From NCBI GenBank assembly GCA_036501625.1, contig DASXZY010000063.1, positions 1,924 through 65,923 on the forward strand: 64,000 nt of DNA. Direction: 5' to 3'. The DNA comes from Verrucomicrobiia bacterium. Its GTDB lineage: Bacteria > Verrucomicrobiota > Verrucomicrobiia > Limisphaerales > Palsa-1400. Below the pieces are notes generated by a model. That model was not told the DNA's origin. It made no database searches and worked only from the letters and a program-made list of their open reading frames with translations. Shown in pieces: positions 20,352-32,113 of the stretch (position 1 is the first letter of the stretch; every line of letters begins with the position of its first letter). Made by a program: the position numbers and the translations under genes.

Positions 20352-21310
20352 ATCGCGAAGCTCTTGGGTCGTTCGAGTTTTACCTCCGCCGAAACGGCGG
20401 GCGGCGGCGGTTTGGGCTTGGCCAGGCAGCCCCGCCAGAATCCGAGGCCGTAGAAAACATGGCAGATAAAAACGAGACCGGCCAAAATGGGAAACCAAAA
20501 CCAGCGTTTCAACGGCGTGATCGCGAGCGATTGAATCAACACGGCCGCGCCATAAGCGGCCAGCGGCCAGCAGCAGATTCGCGGCAGGAACGGCAACAGC
20601 GCCAAGTACAAACAAAACAGCGGCGGAACAAAATTCGGGGCGGAACCAAGGGTTGGATGCAGCCGGAATTGCTCGGCGCGGCCGCGTCCGTAATTGAGGA
20701 GCATCCGGAGAAAAGCCCGGAAACTTGCGCGCGGCCGCCGAAAAACAAACAAGTCCGGGTCGTAAAACAGTTTCCCGCCGCGCTTCTGCAACTCGTCCAT
20801 GAGCGCGTTTTCCTCGTTCGGATAGAGCTTCTCATTGAACCCGCCCAACTCCAGCATCGCGTCCCTGCGGGCCAGCAGATTGCACAGAATAAGCTCCTTT
20901 TCACTGGCCGCGCGCGCGCGGCCGGCTTTCCGATAGCGGGCGCGGCTGGTAAAAAAGGCCAGCCACGCGCCCATGGTCAGCGAGAAAGCCTGCTCAAGCC
21001 AGGGGGCCTCCGGCGGGCAGAGGCTCGGCCCGCCCGCCATTTTGACTTCGGCCGAGGCGAACCGCGCCACGCCGCGCCGCAAGCTGCCGGGCGGCGCGAT
21101 CGAGTCATCGTCAAGAAAATAAATGAGGTCGCCGGCGGCGGCGCGAAGGGCCGTGTTGCGCTGCACCGAGGGCTGCTTGCCGCGCGCCAGAATGATTTCC
21201 AATTTCTCCGGAGGATAATCCAGTTGCAGCGCGCCCGCGACGGCCCGCACATCCTCCATATCCGGCCGGGCGGCGATGATGACAGTGACAGTAGGCAGGC
21301 TCTCGTTCAC
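20348..21310 (-). CDS. Glycosyltransferase family 2 with C-terminal TM helices
   Basis: VTVIIA, QRN, IYFLDDD (DxD), LGGFNE, YGRGRA, hydrophobic C-terminus. Confidence 0.88.
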   Translation of the reverse strand: MNESLPTVTVIIAARPDMEDVRAVAGALQLDYPPEKLEIILARGKQPSVQRNTALRAAAGDLIYFLDDDSIAPPGSLRRGVARFASAEVKMAGGPSLCPPEAPWLEQAFSLTMGAWLAFFTSRARYRKAGRARAASEKELILCNLLARRDAMLELGGFNEKLYPNEENALMDELQKRGGKLFYDPDLFVFRRPRASFRAFLRMLLNYGRGRAEQFRLHPTLGSAPNFVPPLFCLYLALLPFLPRICCWPLAAYGAAVLIQSLAITPLKRWFWFPILAGLVFICHVFYGLGFWRGCLAKPKPPPPAVSAEVKLERPKSFAI

Positions 21311-22230
21311 TATTTGTCGCGTTGCAAAAGGTATTCAGCCAGCGCGGCCAGGGCCGGGGCTTTGCCTTTGAAACTCTTCAAGGCGGCGAACGCGCGGCGG
21401 GTCAATCGCGCGGCGATGAGGCGAGATTTTTCCATGCCGACAATGGAGGGATAAGTGGCCTTCTCGGCAGCGGTATCCTTGCCGGCCGTCTTGCCCAATT
21501 GCTCGCTGGTCTGGGTTACGTCAAGAATATCGTCGATGATTTGAAAGGCCAGGCCGACATTGTAACCGAAGCTGGTCACGGCGTGCAATTGGGCGGCGGA
21601 GGCATTGGCGCTCATCGCGCCCAAGCGGACGGAGCAGCAGAGCAAAGCGGAAGTTTTTCGCTCGTGAATGTATTTAAGCTGGGTGGCGGAAAGTTTGCGG
21701 CCTTCGCCTTCAAGGTCGGCGACCTGGCCGGCGATGAGCTGGCGGGAGCCGGACGCCTCAGCCAATTCGCCGATAATGACGCGGTGCGGATAGCGCGGCC
21801 AACCCCGGCAGCGGGCGGCCAGCGCGAAAGCTTCTGTCAACAAGGCATCGCCCGCAAGAATGGCGATGCCCTCGCCAAAAACCTTGTGGCTGGTCGGCTT
21901 TCCGCGGCGCAAATCGTCGTCGTCCATCGCGGGCAAGTCATCGTGGATGAGAGAATAGGTGTGGATGCATTCCAGCGCGCAGGCCAGCGGCATGGCTTCT
22001 TCGACCGAGCCTCCGCAGGCTTCCGCCGCCGCGAGGCAGAGCGCGGGGCGCAGCCGTTTTCCGCCGGCGAAAATGGAATAGCGCATCGCTTTGTGGATGG
22101 TGGGCGGTTTGGCGCCGGCGGGCGGAAGCCATTGGCGCAAGGCCCGGTCCACCGCCGCTGTGCGCTGGGCCAGATAGCGTTGCAAATCAAAAGCCCGGAC
22201 ATGGGGATTGCGCCCTGTGTTCAATGACAT
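21310..22230 (-). CDS. ispA: Polyprenyl (farnesyl/geranylgeranyl) diphosphate synthase
   Basis: GGKRLRP, IHDDLPAMDDDDLRRGKPT (FARM), FQIIDDILD (SARM), GKTAGKD. Confidence 0.92.
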   Translation of the reverse strand: MSLNTGRNPHVRAFDLQRYLAQRTAAVDRALRQWLPPAGAKPPTIHKAMRYSIFAGGKRLRPALCLAAAEACGGSVEEAMPLACALECIHTYSLIHDDLPAMDDDDLRRGKPTSHKVFGEGIAILAGDALLTEAFALAARCRGWPRYPHRVIIGELAEASGSRQLIAGQVADLEGEGRKLSATQLKYIHERKTSALLCCSVRLGAMSANASAAQLHAVTSFGYNVGLAFQIIDDILDVTQTSEQLGKTAGKDTAAEKATYPSIVGMEKSRLIAARLTRRAFAALKSFKGKAPALAALAEYLLQRDK

Positions 22231-22277
22231 GCTATCTTCTAGTTGCCAGAGCCAGCGGGAGAATGGCAAGAATTCTT

Positions 22278-24479
<2,202 letters not shown>

Positions 24480-24483
24480 GTCA

Positions 24484-24702
24484 TCAACTATGGCGGAACG
24501 TAATCCGCGCCTTGCCTAAATCATAGGGGGACATCTCCACATTGACTTTGTCGCCGACACTGATACGGATGAAATTCTTGCGCATCTTGCCGGAGATGTG
24601 CGCCAGCACCTCGTGACCGTTGGGCAGCGCCACTCTAAACATTGTGCCCGGCAGCACCTGCGTCACTGTGCCCTCTAATTCAATTGGTTCCTCTTTGGCC
24701 AT
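24484..24702 (-). CDS. infA: Translation initiation factor IF-1
   Basis: [11 protein letters not shown]...[27 protein letters not shown]; 72 aa. Confidence 0.98.
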   Translation of the reverse strand: MAKEEPIELEGTVTQVLPGTMFRVALPNGHEVLAHISGKMRKNFIRISVGDKVNVEMSPYDLGKARITFRHS

Positions 24703-24720
24703 GATCCTTTGGTTCGCCGG

Positions 24721-26544
24721 TTAAGCCGGGCGATACGGAACAATCGAATCAATGCGGTAACGCTTTTTGGCATCATTGACGGGCACCTCGACCTCTTCCT
24801 GGGGTTTATGGTTCAGGAGCGCCTGGGCCACGGGTGTCAAATAACTGATGATGCCTTTGTCCGGGTCGGAGTCCCAGGCCCCGGCGATAATAAAATGCTC
24901 GGCATTCTGCGCGTCGAGGTCTGTGACTGTGACGGTCGTGCCGATGCTGACGACATCGGTGCGGGGATTGCTAAAATCCGTGCCGCGGGCGCGCACCAAT
25001 TGCGACTCCAGCTCGCCTTTGCGGCGCATGAGGATTTTTTGCATTTCCTTGGCGGCTTTGTATTCGTGATTCTCGCGCAAGTCGCCATAACTGCGGGCGA
25101 CGGCGATTTCCTTGGAGTTGGCGGGAATGGATTTCTGCACCAGCTCGGCGTATTCGTCCTTGCGCCGCTCCAGGCTGGGCCAGGAAACGAGAAACGAGGC
25201 GTCCTGTTTTGTCTGCTCGCCAGAGATCATCGTTTGGACGGCCGGATACGTTTTGACGATGCGCGCCAGCAGGGAGCGCTTGTCCATGTCGTCAAAGCAC
25301 GGAGACAATTGCAGGGCGCGGGTCAAATCCTTAATGACTTCCAGGTCCGCCGAGCCAATCAGCTCGACTAGGAGCGTTTGATCATCAAGAATAAAATCGC
25401 GCAGCTTGTTGGAGCGCTTCTCATTGAATTGGTCCCGTTCCATGGCCGTGAGCATGGCGCGAAAGACTTCCGGCCCAAGGATGTCGGCGTAGGAATCAGA
25501 GCGTTCGCGGGCCAGCCAGAGAAGCAAATCGCTGCTGGCCTGGTGCTGGCTGATAAGGCGGGCGAGCAATTCCTTGAGGGCGTCGGCCTTGCCGCCGGCG
25601 ATGACCGCGTGGGTCACTTCCGCAGCCAGCTTGGCGGAAACGTGATTGAGGGCGGAGAGAAGGGCGTCGCCCCAGCGCTCCGGGGTGTTTTCCTTGAAGG
25701 ATTGCAAGGCGCGCCGGTGCTTGGCGGCTGGCATTTGTTCGAGGGTGGGTCCCACCCTGCCAATTTCCTGCTGCCAGATCAGGGCGGCGGAGACTTCCCC
25801 CTCGGCCGGCTCGCCGCCAGCGTAATGACGGAATTCGTCGCGGACGAAAATGGCTTCCAGCGCGATGGCCGGCTGAGTGCGTTGATGGGTCGTGATTTCT
25901 CCGTTCAAGGTCGCGTTGACTTCCTTGGCGGTGCCGGGGCCGTCGCTCAAATCGGAATAGCTTTTGAGGATTTCGTGGGCGACGGTGGTGCGGGCCTTGA
26001 GGCCCTTGGCGGCGCGAAATTCGCTCATGAGCCGGTTTTGCAGGGAGATTTCCTTGGCCTGGTAAATAATCGGGTCGGATTTCTTGGCTGGCACCTGGAA
26101 ATGGCCGTCTTTCTTCAATTCACGCTTGGCGGCTTCCCACCATTTTTTCCAGTCGTCCTTGATGACGTCGGGCACGAGCACATGGTGGATTTGATCCAGG
26201 GTGGCGCGATTGCCGAAACTCTGCAGGACCAATTTGATCAAATCGAGATGATGAAGCGCGGCCATCTGGCGCAAGGATTCCAGGCCGGACACTTTGCGCG
26301 CGTAAATGTGGTCGGCGGAAATCGGCTTGAGTGATTCCGCGGCGAAAACGAGGTCCATGGCATGGCTCGGCTTCCCCTGAAAGTCAATGACACAACGTCC
26401 AAAAACGGGGTCCATGGATGCAATTTTCCCGAAACCCCAACTGCGATGATAGCAATAGCCGCTCTCCGTCAATGTGGCCAAAGCCTCGACTTGTTGGCGC
26501 GACAGCTTCCCAGCCGCCGCAAGTTTTTCAAATTCTTCTTTCAT
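24721..26544 (-). CDS. greA: Transcription elongation factor GreA, long form with ~450 aa N-terminal extension
   Basis: C-terminal ARSYGDLRENHEYKAAKE and ISYLTPVAQALL. Confidence 0.88.
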   Translation of the reverse strand: MKEEFEKLAAAGKLSRQQVEALATLTESGYCYHRSWGFGKIASMDPVFGRCVIDFQGKPSHAMDLVFAAESLKPISADHIYARKVSGLESLRQMAALHHLDLIKLVLQSFGNRATLDQIHHVLVPDVIKDDWKKWWEAAKRELKKDGHFQVPAKKSDPIIYQAKEISLQNRLMSEFRAAKGLKARTTVAHEILKSYSDLSDGPGTAKEVNATLNGEITTHQRTQPAIALEAIFVRDEFRHYAGGEPAEGEVSAALIWQQEIGRVGPTLEQMPAAKHRRALQSFKENTPERWGDALLSALNHVSAKLAAEVTHAVIAGGKADALKELLARLISQHQASSDLLLWLARERSDSYADILGPEVFRAMLTAMERDQFNEKRSNKLRDFILDDQTLLVELIGSADLEVIKDLTRALQLSPCFDDMDKRSLLARIVKTYPAVQTMISGEQTKQDASFLVSWPSLERRKDEYAELVQKSIPANSKEIAVARSYGDLRENHEYKAAKEMQKILMRRKGELESQLVRARGTDFSNPRTDVVSIGTTVTVTDLDAQNAEHFIIAGAWDSDPDKGIISYLTPVAQALLNHKPQEEVEVPVNDAKKRYRIDSIVPYRPA

Positions 26545-26586
26545 CAATATTCTCGCGTCCTTCTGCCTTCCCTTCATTATTAGACT

Positions 26587-27864
26587 GTGACTGGTAAAAA
26601 ACCAAGAGAAATTGCCATGCAGGTCCTGCGGCAGCGGAGCCGCTCTTCGGATTACGTGGAAAAACTGCTGGAGCGCGCCCTGGCAACGGACGCACTTTCG
26701 CCTCCCGACAGGGCGTTATGCCAGGAATTGGTTTACGGCACGGTACGATGGCAACGCGCTTTGGAATGGCTGATTGCGCGCAAAACCGGCGGCCGCACGC
26801 AAAACGCCTCATTGCAGGCCCTGCTCTATTTGGGACTTTACCAGCTTTTCTGGCTGGAACGCATCCCGGACCACGCCACCGTCCATGAAACGGTTGAACT
26901 GGCCAAGCACCTCGGCTTCGGCCCGAAAGCCGGGTTTGTCAATGCCCTCCTGCGCGGATACATCCGGGAACGCGAACAAACGCGCTCCTTGCTGGAAGCC
27001 TTGAAGGAGTCCGACCCGGCAGCCGGCTATTCACATCCCGGGTGGCTGGTCGAGCGCTGGCAGGCTCGCTGGGGCAATGCTCAAACAGCGCAATTGCTGG
27101 CTTGGAACAACCGGCCTCCGCCTACTTGGGCCAGGCCGAATACTTTGAAAGCGGACCCCGCGCAACTGGCCGCAAGATGGCGCGCGGAGGGCGTGCAGTT
27201 TGAGGAGCGTTCGTACGAATGGGCCGCGCCGCTTCCGGTTTTCGAGCTTCGCGAGCATCCGCCGCTGGCCTCGATGGGAAGTTTCCAGGATGGCTGGTTT
27301 TACGTGCAAGACCCCAGCACGCTCCTGGCGGGGCGGTTGCTCGCGCCGCAGCCGGGCGAAACCATTCTCGACTTGTGCGCGGCGCCGGGCGGCAAGGCGA
27401 CTCATCTGGCGCAAATGATGGAGAATCGCGGGCGCGTCGCGGCGCGTGACGCGCAACCGGGACGGATTGAGCGCCTGGAAGAAAACTGCCGCCGCCTTGG
27501 CGCGACGTGCGTTGAAATTCCGGGAGGGCGGGGCGTGTTCGACCGAATTTTAGTTGACGCACCTTGCTCGAATACGGGCGTCCTGCGGCGGCGTGTCGAT
27601 GCGCGCTGGCGGGTTCAGCCGTCGGAGATTGCACGATTGAGCCAGGGGCAGTTGGCGTTGATGGCGCGGGCCGCGACGGAATTGAAGGCGGGCGGCCTCC
27701 TTGTTTACAGCACATGCAGTTTGGAACCGGAGGAAAATGAGGGCGTGGCGCGGGAATTCCTGGGCAAGCATCCTGATTTCCAATTGGAAAGGGAGCGACG
27801 CCTGCTCCCGTTTATCGACGCGGTCGATGGCGCCTACGCGGCCGTTTTCCGCCGCCATGCGTGA
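26587..27864 (+). CDS. rsmB: 16S rRNA m5C967 methyltransferase (NusB-like domain + RsmB)
   Basis: ELVYGTVR, FVNALLR, YSHPGWL, QDPS, DLCAAPGGK, DAPCS, YSTCS. Confidence 0.92.
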   Translation: MTGKKPREIAMQVLRQRSRSSDYVEKLLERALATDALSPPDRALCQELVYGTVRWQRALEWLIARKTGGRTQNASLQALLYLGLYQLFWLERIPDHATVHETVELAKHLGFGPKAGFVNALLRGYIREREQTRSLLEALKESDPAAGYSHPGWLVERWQARWGNAQTAQLLAWNNRPPPTWARPNTLKADPAQLAARWRAEGVQFEERSYEWAAPLPVFELREHPPLASMGSFQDGWFYVQDPSTLLAGRLLAPQPGETILDLCAAPGGKATHLAQMMENRGRVAARDAQPGRIERLEENCRRLGATCVEIPGGRGVFDRILVDAPCSNTGVLRRRVDARWRVQPSEIARLSQGQLALMARAATELKAGGLLVYSTCSLEPEENEGVAREFLGKHPDFQLERERRLLPFIDAVDGAYAAVFRRHA

Positions 27865-27914
27865 CCCGAACCCCTGGCGGCGCCAAGGACGCCAGAGGCC
27901 GGTTTGAATTGCGC

Positions 27915-28292
27915 CTACGGCAAAATGTGCGTTGAAGCGATGATCAAGCACACTGGCTTGGTTCCAATGTTTTGCGGCGCGTAGCTCGTCTCAAATGTCT
28001 GCGCGCCATCCACCGGGCACGATGGCAAACTGCCGCCGGCCGTGCGGCCCAGGTAAGGCTGGAGATCGCTTCCTTGCGGCGTGCTGCTGTCCAGCGCGCG
28101 CTGCTCGAACGCCCATTGCTGCTTGGCGTTGTCAATACAACGAAGGTTATTGATGCATGAGGTGGCCTGCGCCTTTTCCCGCGAGGTGACGAAGTTTGGA
28201 ATCGCGATGGCCGCCAGAAGCCCGATGATGGCCACCACGATCATGATTTCGACCAGCGTGAAACCGCCGCTGTCCTTGAGTTTATGTTTCAT
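27915..28292 (-). CDS. Short type IV pilin / pseudopilin-like protein
   Basis: SGG|FTLVEIMIVVAIIGLLAAIAIPNF; CINNLR; C-terminal Cys pair. Confidence 0.9.
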   Translation of the reverse strand: MKHKLKDSGGFTLVEIMIVVAIIGLLAAIAIPNFVTSREKAQATSCINNLRCIDNAKQQWAFEQRALDSSTPQGSDLQPYLGRTAGGSLPSCPVDGAQTFETSYAPQNIGTKPVCLIIASTHILP

Positions 28293-28455
28293 ATAACTGC
28301 ATTCCTTTCCGGCGCGGTGTGAACGAGGCGAAAGGCGGGTTATAGTATGACAATTTGTTCACGAATTGCCTTTGGCCAACGGCGCCGTCAAGTAATAAAC
28401 ACACGCATTTCTGTTTGGTTGCGGATGGCGCGGCTCTCCCGCAAACTGGCCCGCT

Positions 28456-29424
28456 GTGAAAGAATCATCGAGCATCCTCGTGACCGGCGGGGCGGGTTTT
28501 ATCGGGTCTCATTTGGTGGAGCGCCTGCTCGCGGACGGCCACGAGGTTACCGTCATTGATGATCTTTCCACGGGCCGGCTGCGGAACCTCGCCGCCGTGC
28601 AGCCGCATCCGAAATTGAAAGTCCTGATTTCGACCGTTTCCCAGTGCGCCAAGATGCGGGAAATTGTGGCCCAATCGGCCTGCGTTTACCATCTGGCAGC
28701 GGCGGTAGGTGTCGAACTGGTGATGACTTCCGGCTTGCGGACAATCCAAACCAACTTGCGCGAAACGGAGGCGATCCTGGAAGCGGCCAGCGCGGCTGGG
28801 ACACCGATGTTGTTGACATCGACCTCCGAAGTTTACGGCAAGAGCCAGCAGGAAGCATTTTCCGAGGAGGACGATCTGCTGATTGGGCCGCCGCACTTGA
28901 GCCGGTGGAGCTACGCCTGCTCCAAACTCATGGATGAATTTCTGGCCCTCGCTTACGCCAAGGAACGCAACACCCCGGTGGTGATCGCGCGGCTTTTCAA
29001 CACGGTCGGGCCCCGGCAGACCGGCCAGTACGGCATGGTGCTGCCGCGGTTTATTCAGGCGGCACGAAGCGGCCAGCCGCTGCGCGTTTTCGGGGATGGC
29101 CGCCAGACGCGCTGCTTTTGCGCCGTGCAGGACACGGTCGAGGCACTGGTGCGATTGCAGAACTGTCCCGCCGCGCGGGGAAACATTTTCAATGTCGGAT
29201 CGACTGAGGAAATTCCCATTGGGCGGCTGGCGGAAATGGTCATTGCGCATCTGCAATCACCCTCAGCCATCGAGTTCGTTCCATACGAGAAAGCTTGCCC
29301 GCCGGGATTTCAAGATATGTTGCGGCGCAAACCTGTCGTGGCCAAGCTGGCACGGTTCACAGGCTTTCAACCGACGACGACGCTGGAGGGGATCATCCGG
29401 CAGACGGCGGCGTGCGTGGAATAA
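28456..29424 (+). CDS. NAD-dependent nucleotide-sugar epimerase/dehydratase
   Basis: TGGAGFIG, HLAAAVG, STSEVYG, YACSK, RLFNTVGPRQ. Confidence 0.93.
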   Translation: MKESSSILVTGGAGFIGSHLVERLLADGHEVTVIDDLSTGRLRNLAAVQPHPKLKVLISTVSQCAKMREIVAQSACVYHLAAAVGVELVMTSGLRTIQTNLRETEAILEAASAAGTPMLLTSTSEVYGKSQQEAFSEEDDLLIGPPHLSRWSYACSKLMDEFLALAYAKERNTPVVIARLFNTVGPRQTGQYGMVLPRFIQAARSGQPLRVFGDGRQTRCFCAVQDTVEALVRLQNCPAARGNIFNVGSTEEIPIGRLAEMVIAHLQSPSAIEFVPYEKACPPGFQDMLRRKPVVAKLARFTGFQPTTTLEGIIRQTAACVE

Positions 29425-29451
29425 AAAAAGGCGCCCTTGCGGGCGCCTTTT
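29423..29451. terminator. Bidirectional intrinsic terminator
   Basis: AAAAAAAGGCGCCC-TTGC-GGGCGCCTTTT between convergent genes. Confidence 0.9.
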
Positions 29452-29480
29452 GTGTAAAGACTAACTGCGAGCGAACCCGC

Positions 29481-30416
29481 TTATGGGAAAATCAGGCGAA
29501 CATCGCCGATGGGGGCATTGTAGGCGGCCTGAGCAGTGTCGAAATTCCCGCCGTCTTCCCCGTTCTTCAACCAGTTAACGCGAAGGCTGCCGGATGTCAC
29601 TTGCTGAGCGCTGCCATCACCAAGGAGAACGTTGCCCGCGCCAGCGATATTTCCAGCGGAGTGCAACTTCGCCGACCAACCCAACGGGCTGCCGGCTGTG
29701 TTGGCCGGGAGGGCCGGGGTCGCAGGAGTGGCATTGGCGAGAGTGCCGTTTGTATTCACAACGGCATCGCAACCCATTCCACCATTGGCAGCCGCGCCAG
29801 CGCTGCCGATTCCGGGAGACAGGCCATAGTTGCCGTCCTGGGACGAGCCAGGAGTCGCAACATTGCCACCAACGCAACCGAGGTTGCGATCGCCACCCAG
29901 AAGGGATTGCGGATAGGTGTCGCTCGCGCCCGCGCCGACCCAGTAGGAAAGGTTGGCGTTATTGAACGTGCCGGTGGTCGCCATGTTGGCAGGGGCCACG
30001 CCGGTCAAGGTCGCGATTCCAGTCAGGGTGGTGCAATAGAAGTTGGAGCCGGCATAGCGGTCGTCAGAAGGACAAACAACCACTTTGGGGGACTGGCCCA
30101 TTTCGTTCTGCATGAGGCAATAGTTATAGTAAACGTACTCCCCAGCAGTAGTGAAGGAACCGCTCAGATATTCGTTCCAGCCGCCCAAAGCGACCGTCTG
30201 GGTGGCCGGAAAACGGTCGCCGTTGTCGTTGGACCAGATGCGGTAGGCAGTGCCGATCTGTTTCAGATTGTTAATGCATGAAATGCGCTGGGCTTTTTGC
30301 TTGGCGCGCGCCAAGGCGGGCAAAAGCATGCTAGCCAGAATGGCTATGATCGCGATGACGACCAACAACTCAATTAGAGTGAAGGCTCCGATTTTTCTAT
30401 TCCGTAATTGTTTCAT
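29481..30416 (-). CDS. Prepilin-type N-terminal cleavage/methylation protein (candidate major pilin-like subunit)
   Basis: IGA|[28 protein letters not shown]; CINNLKQ; CPSD; H-X14-DG ([18 protein letters not shown]). Monocistronic with its own terminator. Confidence 0.92.
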   Translation of the reverse strand: MKQLRNRKIGAFTLIELLVVIAIIAILASMLLPALARAKQKAQRISCINNLKQIGTAYRIWSNDNGDRFPATQTVALGGWNEYLSGSFTTAGEYVYYNYCLMQNEMGQSPKVVVCPSDDRYAGSNFYCTTLTGIATLTGVAPANMATTGTFNNANLSYWVGAGASDTYPQSLLGGDRNLGCVGGNVATPGSSQDGNYGLSPGIGSAGAAANGGMGCDAVVNTNGTLANATPATPALPANTAGSPLGWSAKLHSAGNIAGAGNVLLGDGSAQQVTSGSLRVNWLKNGEDGGNFDTAQAAYNAPIGDVRLIFP

Positions 30417-30500
30417 ATTACTTAGTTGTTTAATTTGCGTTAAAGCAACCACCGGACAAGCTAAAATTGTTCTCTGTGTTGCTCCATTTGCACTTTCTTT

Positions 30501-30516
30501 AGCAAGGACAGTGCCA
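30501..30516 (-). promoter_or_regulatory. Sigma-54 (RpoN) -24/-12 promoter
   Basis: Minus strand TGGCAC-TGTCC-TTGCT, an exact match to TGGCAC-N5-TTGC(A/T), about 85 bp upstream of the prepilin ATG. Confidence 0.85.
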
Positions 30517-30588
30517 CTTCTCGCAAATGTGCGAATCCCCGGCATTTTAGCCACTTTACCCCTTATTTTGCCCCTGCAACTCCCATCT

Positions 30589-30627
30589 GCGTGAATTTTT
30601 CACGCAAAAAGCGTGGAAAAAACACGC
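30589..30627. promoter_or_regulatory. Tandem palindromes GCGTG-N7-CACGC (candidate enhancer-binding-protein sites)
   Basis: GCGTG AATTTTT CACGC at 30589-30605 and GCGTG GAAAAAA CACGC at 30611-30627, 22 bp apart. Confidence 0.65.
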
Positions 30628-30650
30628 GAAATTTGCGTGATTTACGCGCT

Positions 30651-31754
30651 TTAGGCGTTAAATCTGAACATCATGACGTCCCCGTCCGCGACTTTGTATT
30701 CCTTGCCCTCCATTCTATATAGGCCGCGCTCACGCGCGACCGCCACAGACCCGCACCGCACCAAATCGTCATACGCCACCGTTTCGGCTTTGATGAAACC
30801 TCTTTGAAAGTCGCTATGGATGACTCCGGCGGCTTCAGGCGCCGTGTCGCCGGCATGGATGGTCCAAGCCCGGACCTCCTTTTCGCCGGCCGTGAAATAG
30901 GTCCGCAACCCCAGCAGATGATATGTACTGCGGATCAAGGAACCGACGCCGGACTCTTCCACACCCAACTCCTTCAAAAAGGCCGCCGCCTCTTCGGGCG
31001 AAAGGTCAACCAGATCGCTTTCGATCTGCGCGGAAATGACCACCGTCTCGCAGGCATGGTGAGTTTGGGCGTAATCCCGAACCTTGCTCACAAAAGGATT
31101 TGTCGCGGCGCTGGCCAAGTCTTCTTCTTTAACGTTAGCGGCGAAAATGGTCGGTTTGTCGGTCAGCAGGAAGAAGGATTTGGCTATGACCCTTTCCTCC
31201 GGGGTCAATTCCAGCGTTACTCCCAATTTGCCCGAATCCAAGTGCTTCTCGAACTTTTGCAGGACTTCCGCTTCCGTGACAGCCGTTTTCTCGCCCCTTT
31301 TGACATCTTTGGCGCTTTTCTCCAGCCGTTTGCGCACCGCATCCAAATCTGCCAAGAGCAGTTCGGTAAAGACGGTTTCAATGTCCCGCACCGGGTCGAT
31401 ACTTCCGGCGACATGGTGAATATCGGCGTTCTCGAAACATCGCACCACTTGGACAATGGCATCGACCTCCCGGACATGGCTCAGAAACTTGTTGCCCAAC
31501 CCCTCCCCCTGCGAGGCGCCCTTGACCAACCCGGCAATATCGACAAACTCAATCGCCCCCGGGATAATGACGCTGGTCTTGGCGATGCCCGCCAGAATCG
31601 CCAGGCGCGAATCCGGCACAGTCACGATGCCGACATTGGGGTCAATGGTGCAAAAGGGGTAGTTTGCCGCGGCGGCCTTGCGGGTGCGCGTCAAAGCATT
31701 AAAAAGGGTGCTCTTGCCCACATTGGGCAAGCCGACGATTCCCGCTTTCAGCAC
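30651..31754 (-). CDS. ychF: Redox-regulated ATPase YchF
   Basis: [64 protein letters not shown] start. Confidence 0.97.
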   Translation of the reverse strand: MLKAGIVGLPNVGKSTLFNALTRTRKAAAANYPFCTIDPNVGIVTVPDSRLAILAGIAKTSVIIPGAIEFVDIAGLVKGASQGEGLGNKFLSHVREVDAIVQVVRCFENADIHHVAGSIDPVRDIETVFTELLLADLDAVRKRLEKSAKDVKRGEKTAVTEAEVLQKFEKHLDSGKLGVTLELTPEERVIAKSFFLLTDKPTIFAANVKEEDLASAATNPFVSKVRDYAQTHHACETVVISAQIESDLVDLSPEEAAAFLKELGVEESGVGSLIRSTYHLLGLRTYFTAGEKEVRAWTIHAGDTAPEAAGVIHSDFQRGFIKAETVAYDDLVRCGSVAVARERGLYRMEGKEYKVADGDVMMFRFNA

Positions 31755-31800
31755 TTAAAGTCTCTCCGTGAAATGTTCAAAATTAGCCAGTTCGTTAAGT

Positions 31801-31875
31801 TGGTAGCGCGTACGGGAATCGCACCCGTCTTTCAGCCTTGAGAGGGCCGTGTCCTAACTGATAGACGAACGCGCC
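31801..31875 (-). tRNA. tRNA-Glu (anticodon CTC)
   Basis: Minus strand: acceptor GGCGCGT/ACGCGCT + A + CCA; D arm GTC..GAC; anticodon arm CGGCC-CTCTCAA-GGCTG; T arm ACGGG-TGCGATT-CCCGT. Confidence 0.92.
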
Positions 31876-31890
31876 AGCCAGACTGCGCAA

Positions 31891-31919
31891 AGAATAGGAT
31901 GCCACGCGATAACTGTCAA
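31891..31919 (-). promoter_or_regulatory. Sigma-70 promoter for tRNA-Glu (possibly reading into ychF)
   Basis: Minus strand TTGACA-17 bp-TATTCT, ending 15 bp before the tRNA 5' end. Confidence 0.8.
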
Positions 31920-32113
31920 TCCGGCGATGCCTCGGCCGTCTCTGGCGTGTTGCCGCAGGCAGGCACACGATTGTCACATCGATTTATCCTGGGCGCCGTT
32001 GTCTTGCGGCGGCGCCGTTGTTTAATCTAATGGCATGAGAAGACGCATTCAGATCGCGCACCAAAGCGATATGATGGAGATCATTCCGATCACTTGGAAC
32101 GAGAGTGGCGGGC

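Noticed and set aside
28293-28455. Possible riboswitch or sigma-54 site upstream of the short pilin
   Set aside because: No c-di-GMP (GEMM) architecture, and the TGGC lacks a correctly spaced TTGC.
31992-32021. Direct repeat GGCGCCGTTGT x2
   Set aside because: Only two short GC-rich copies with no spacer array. Not CRISPR-like and plausible by chance.
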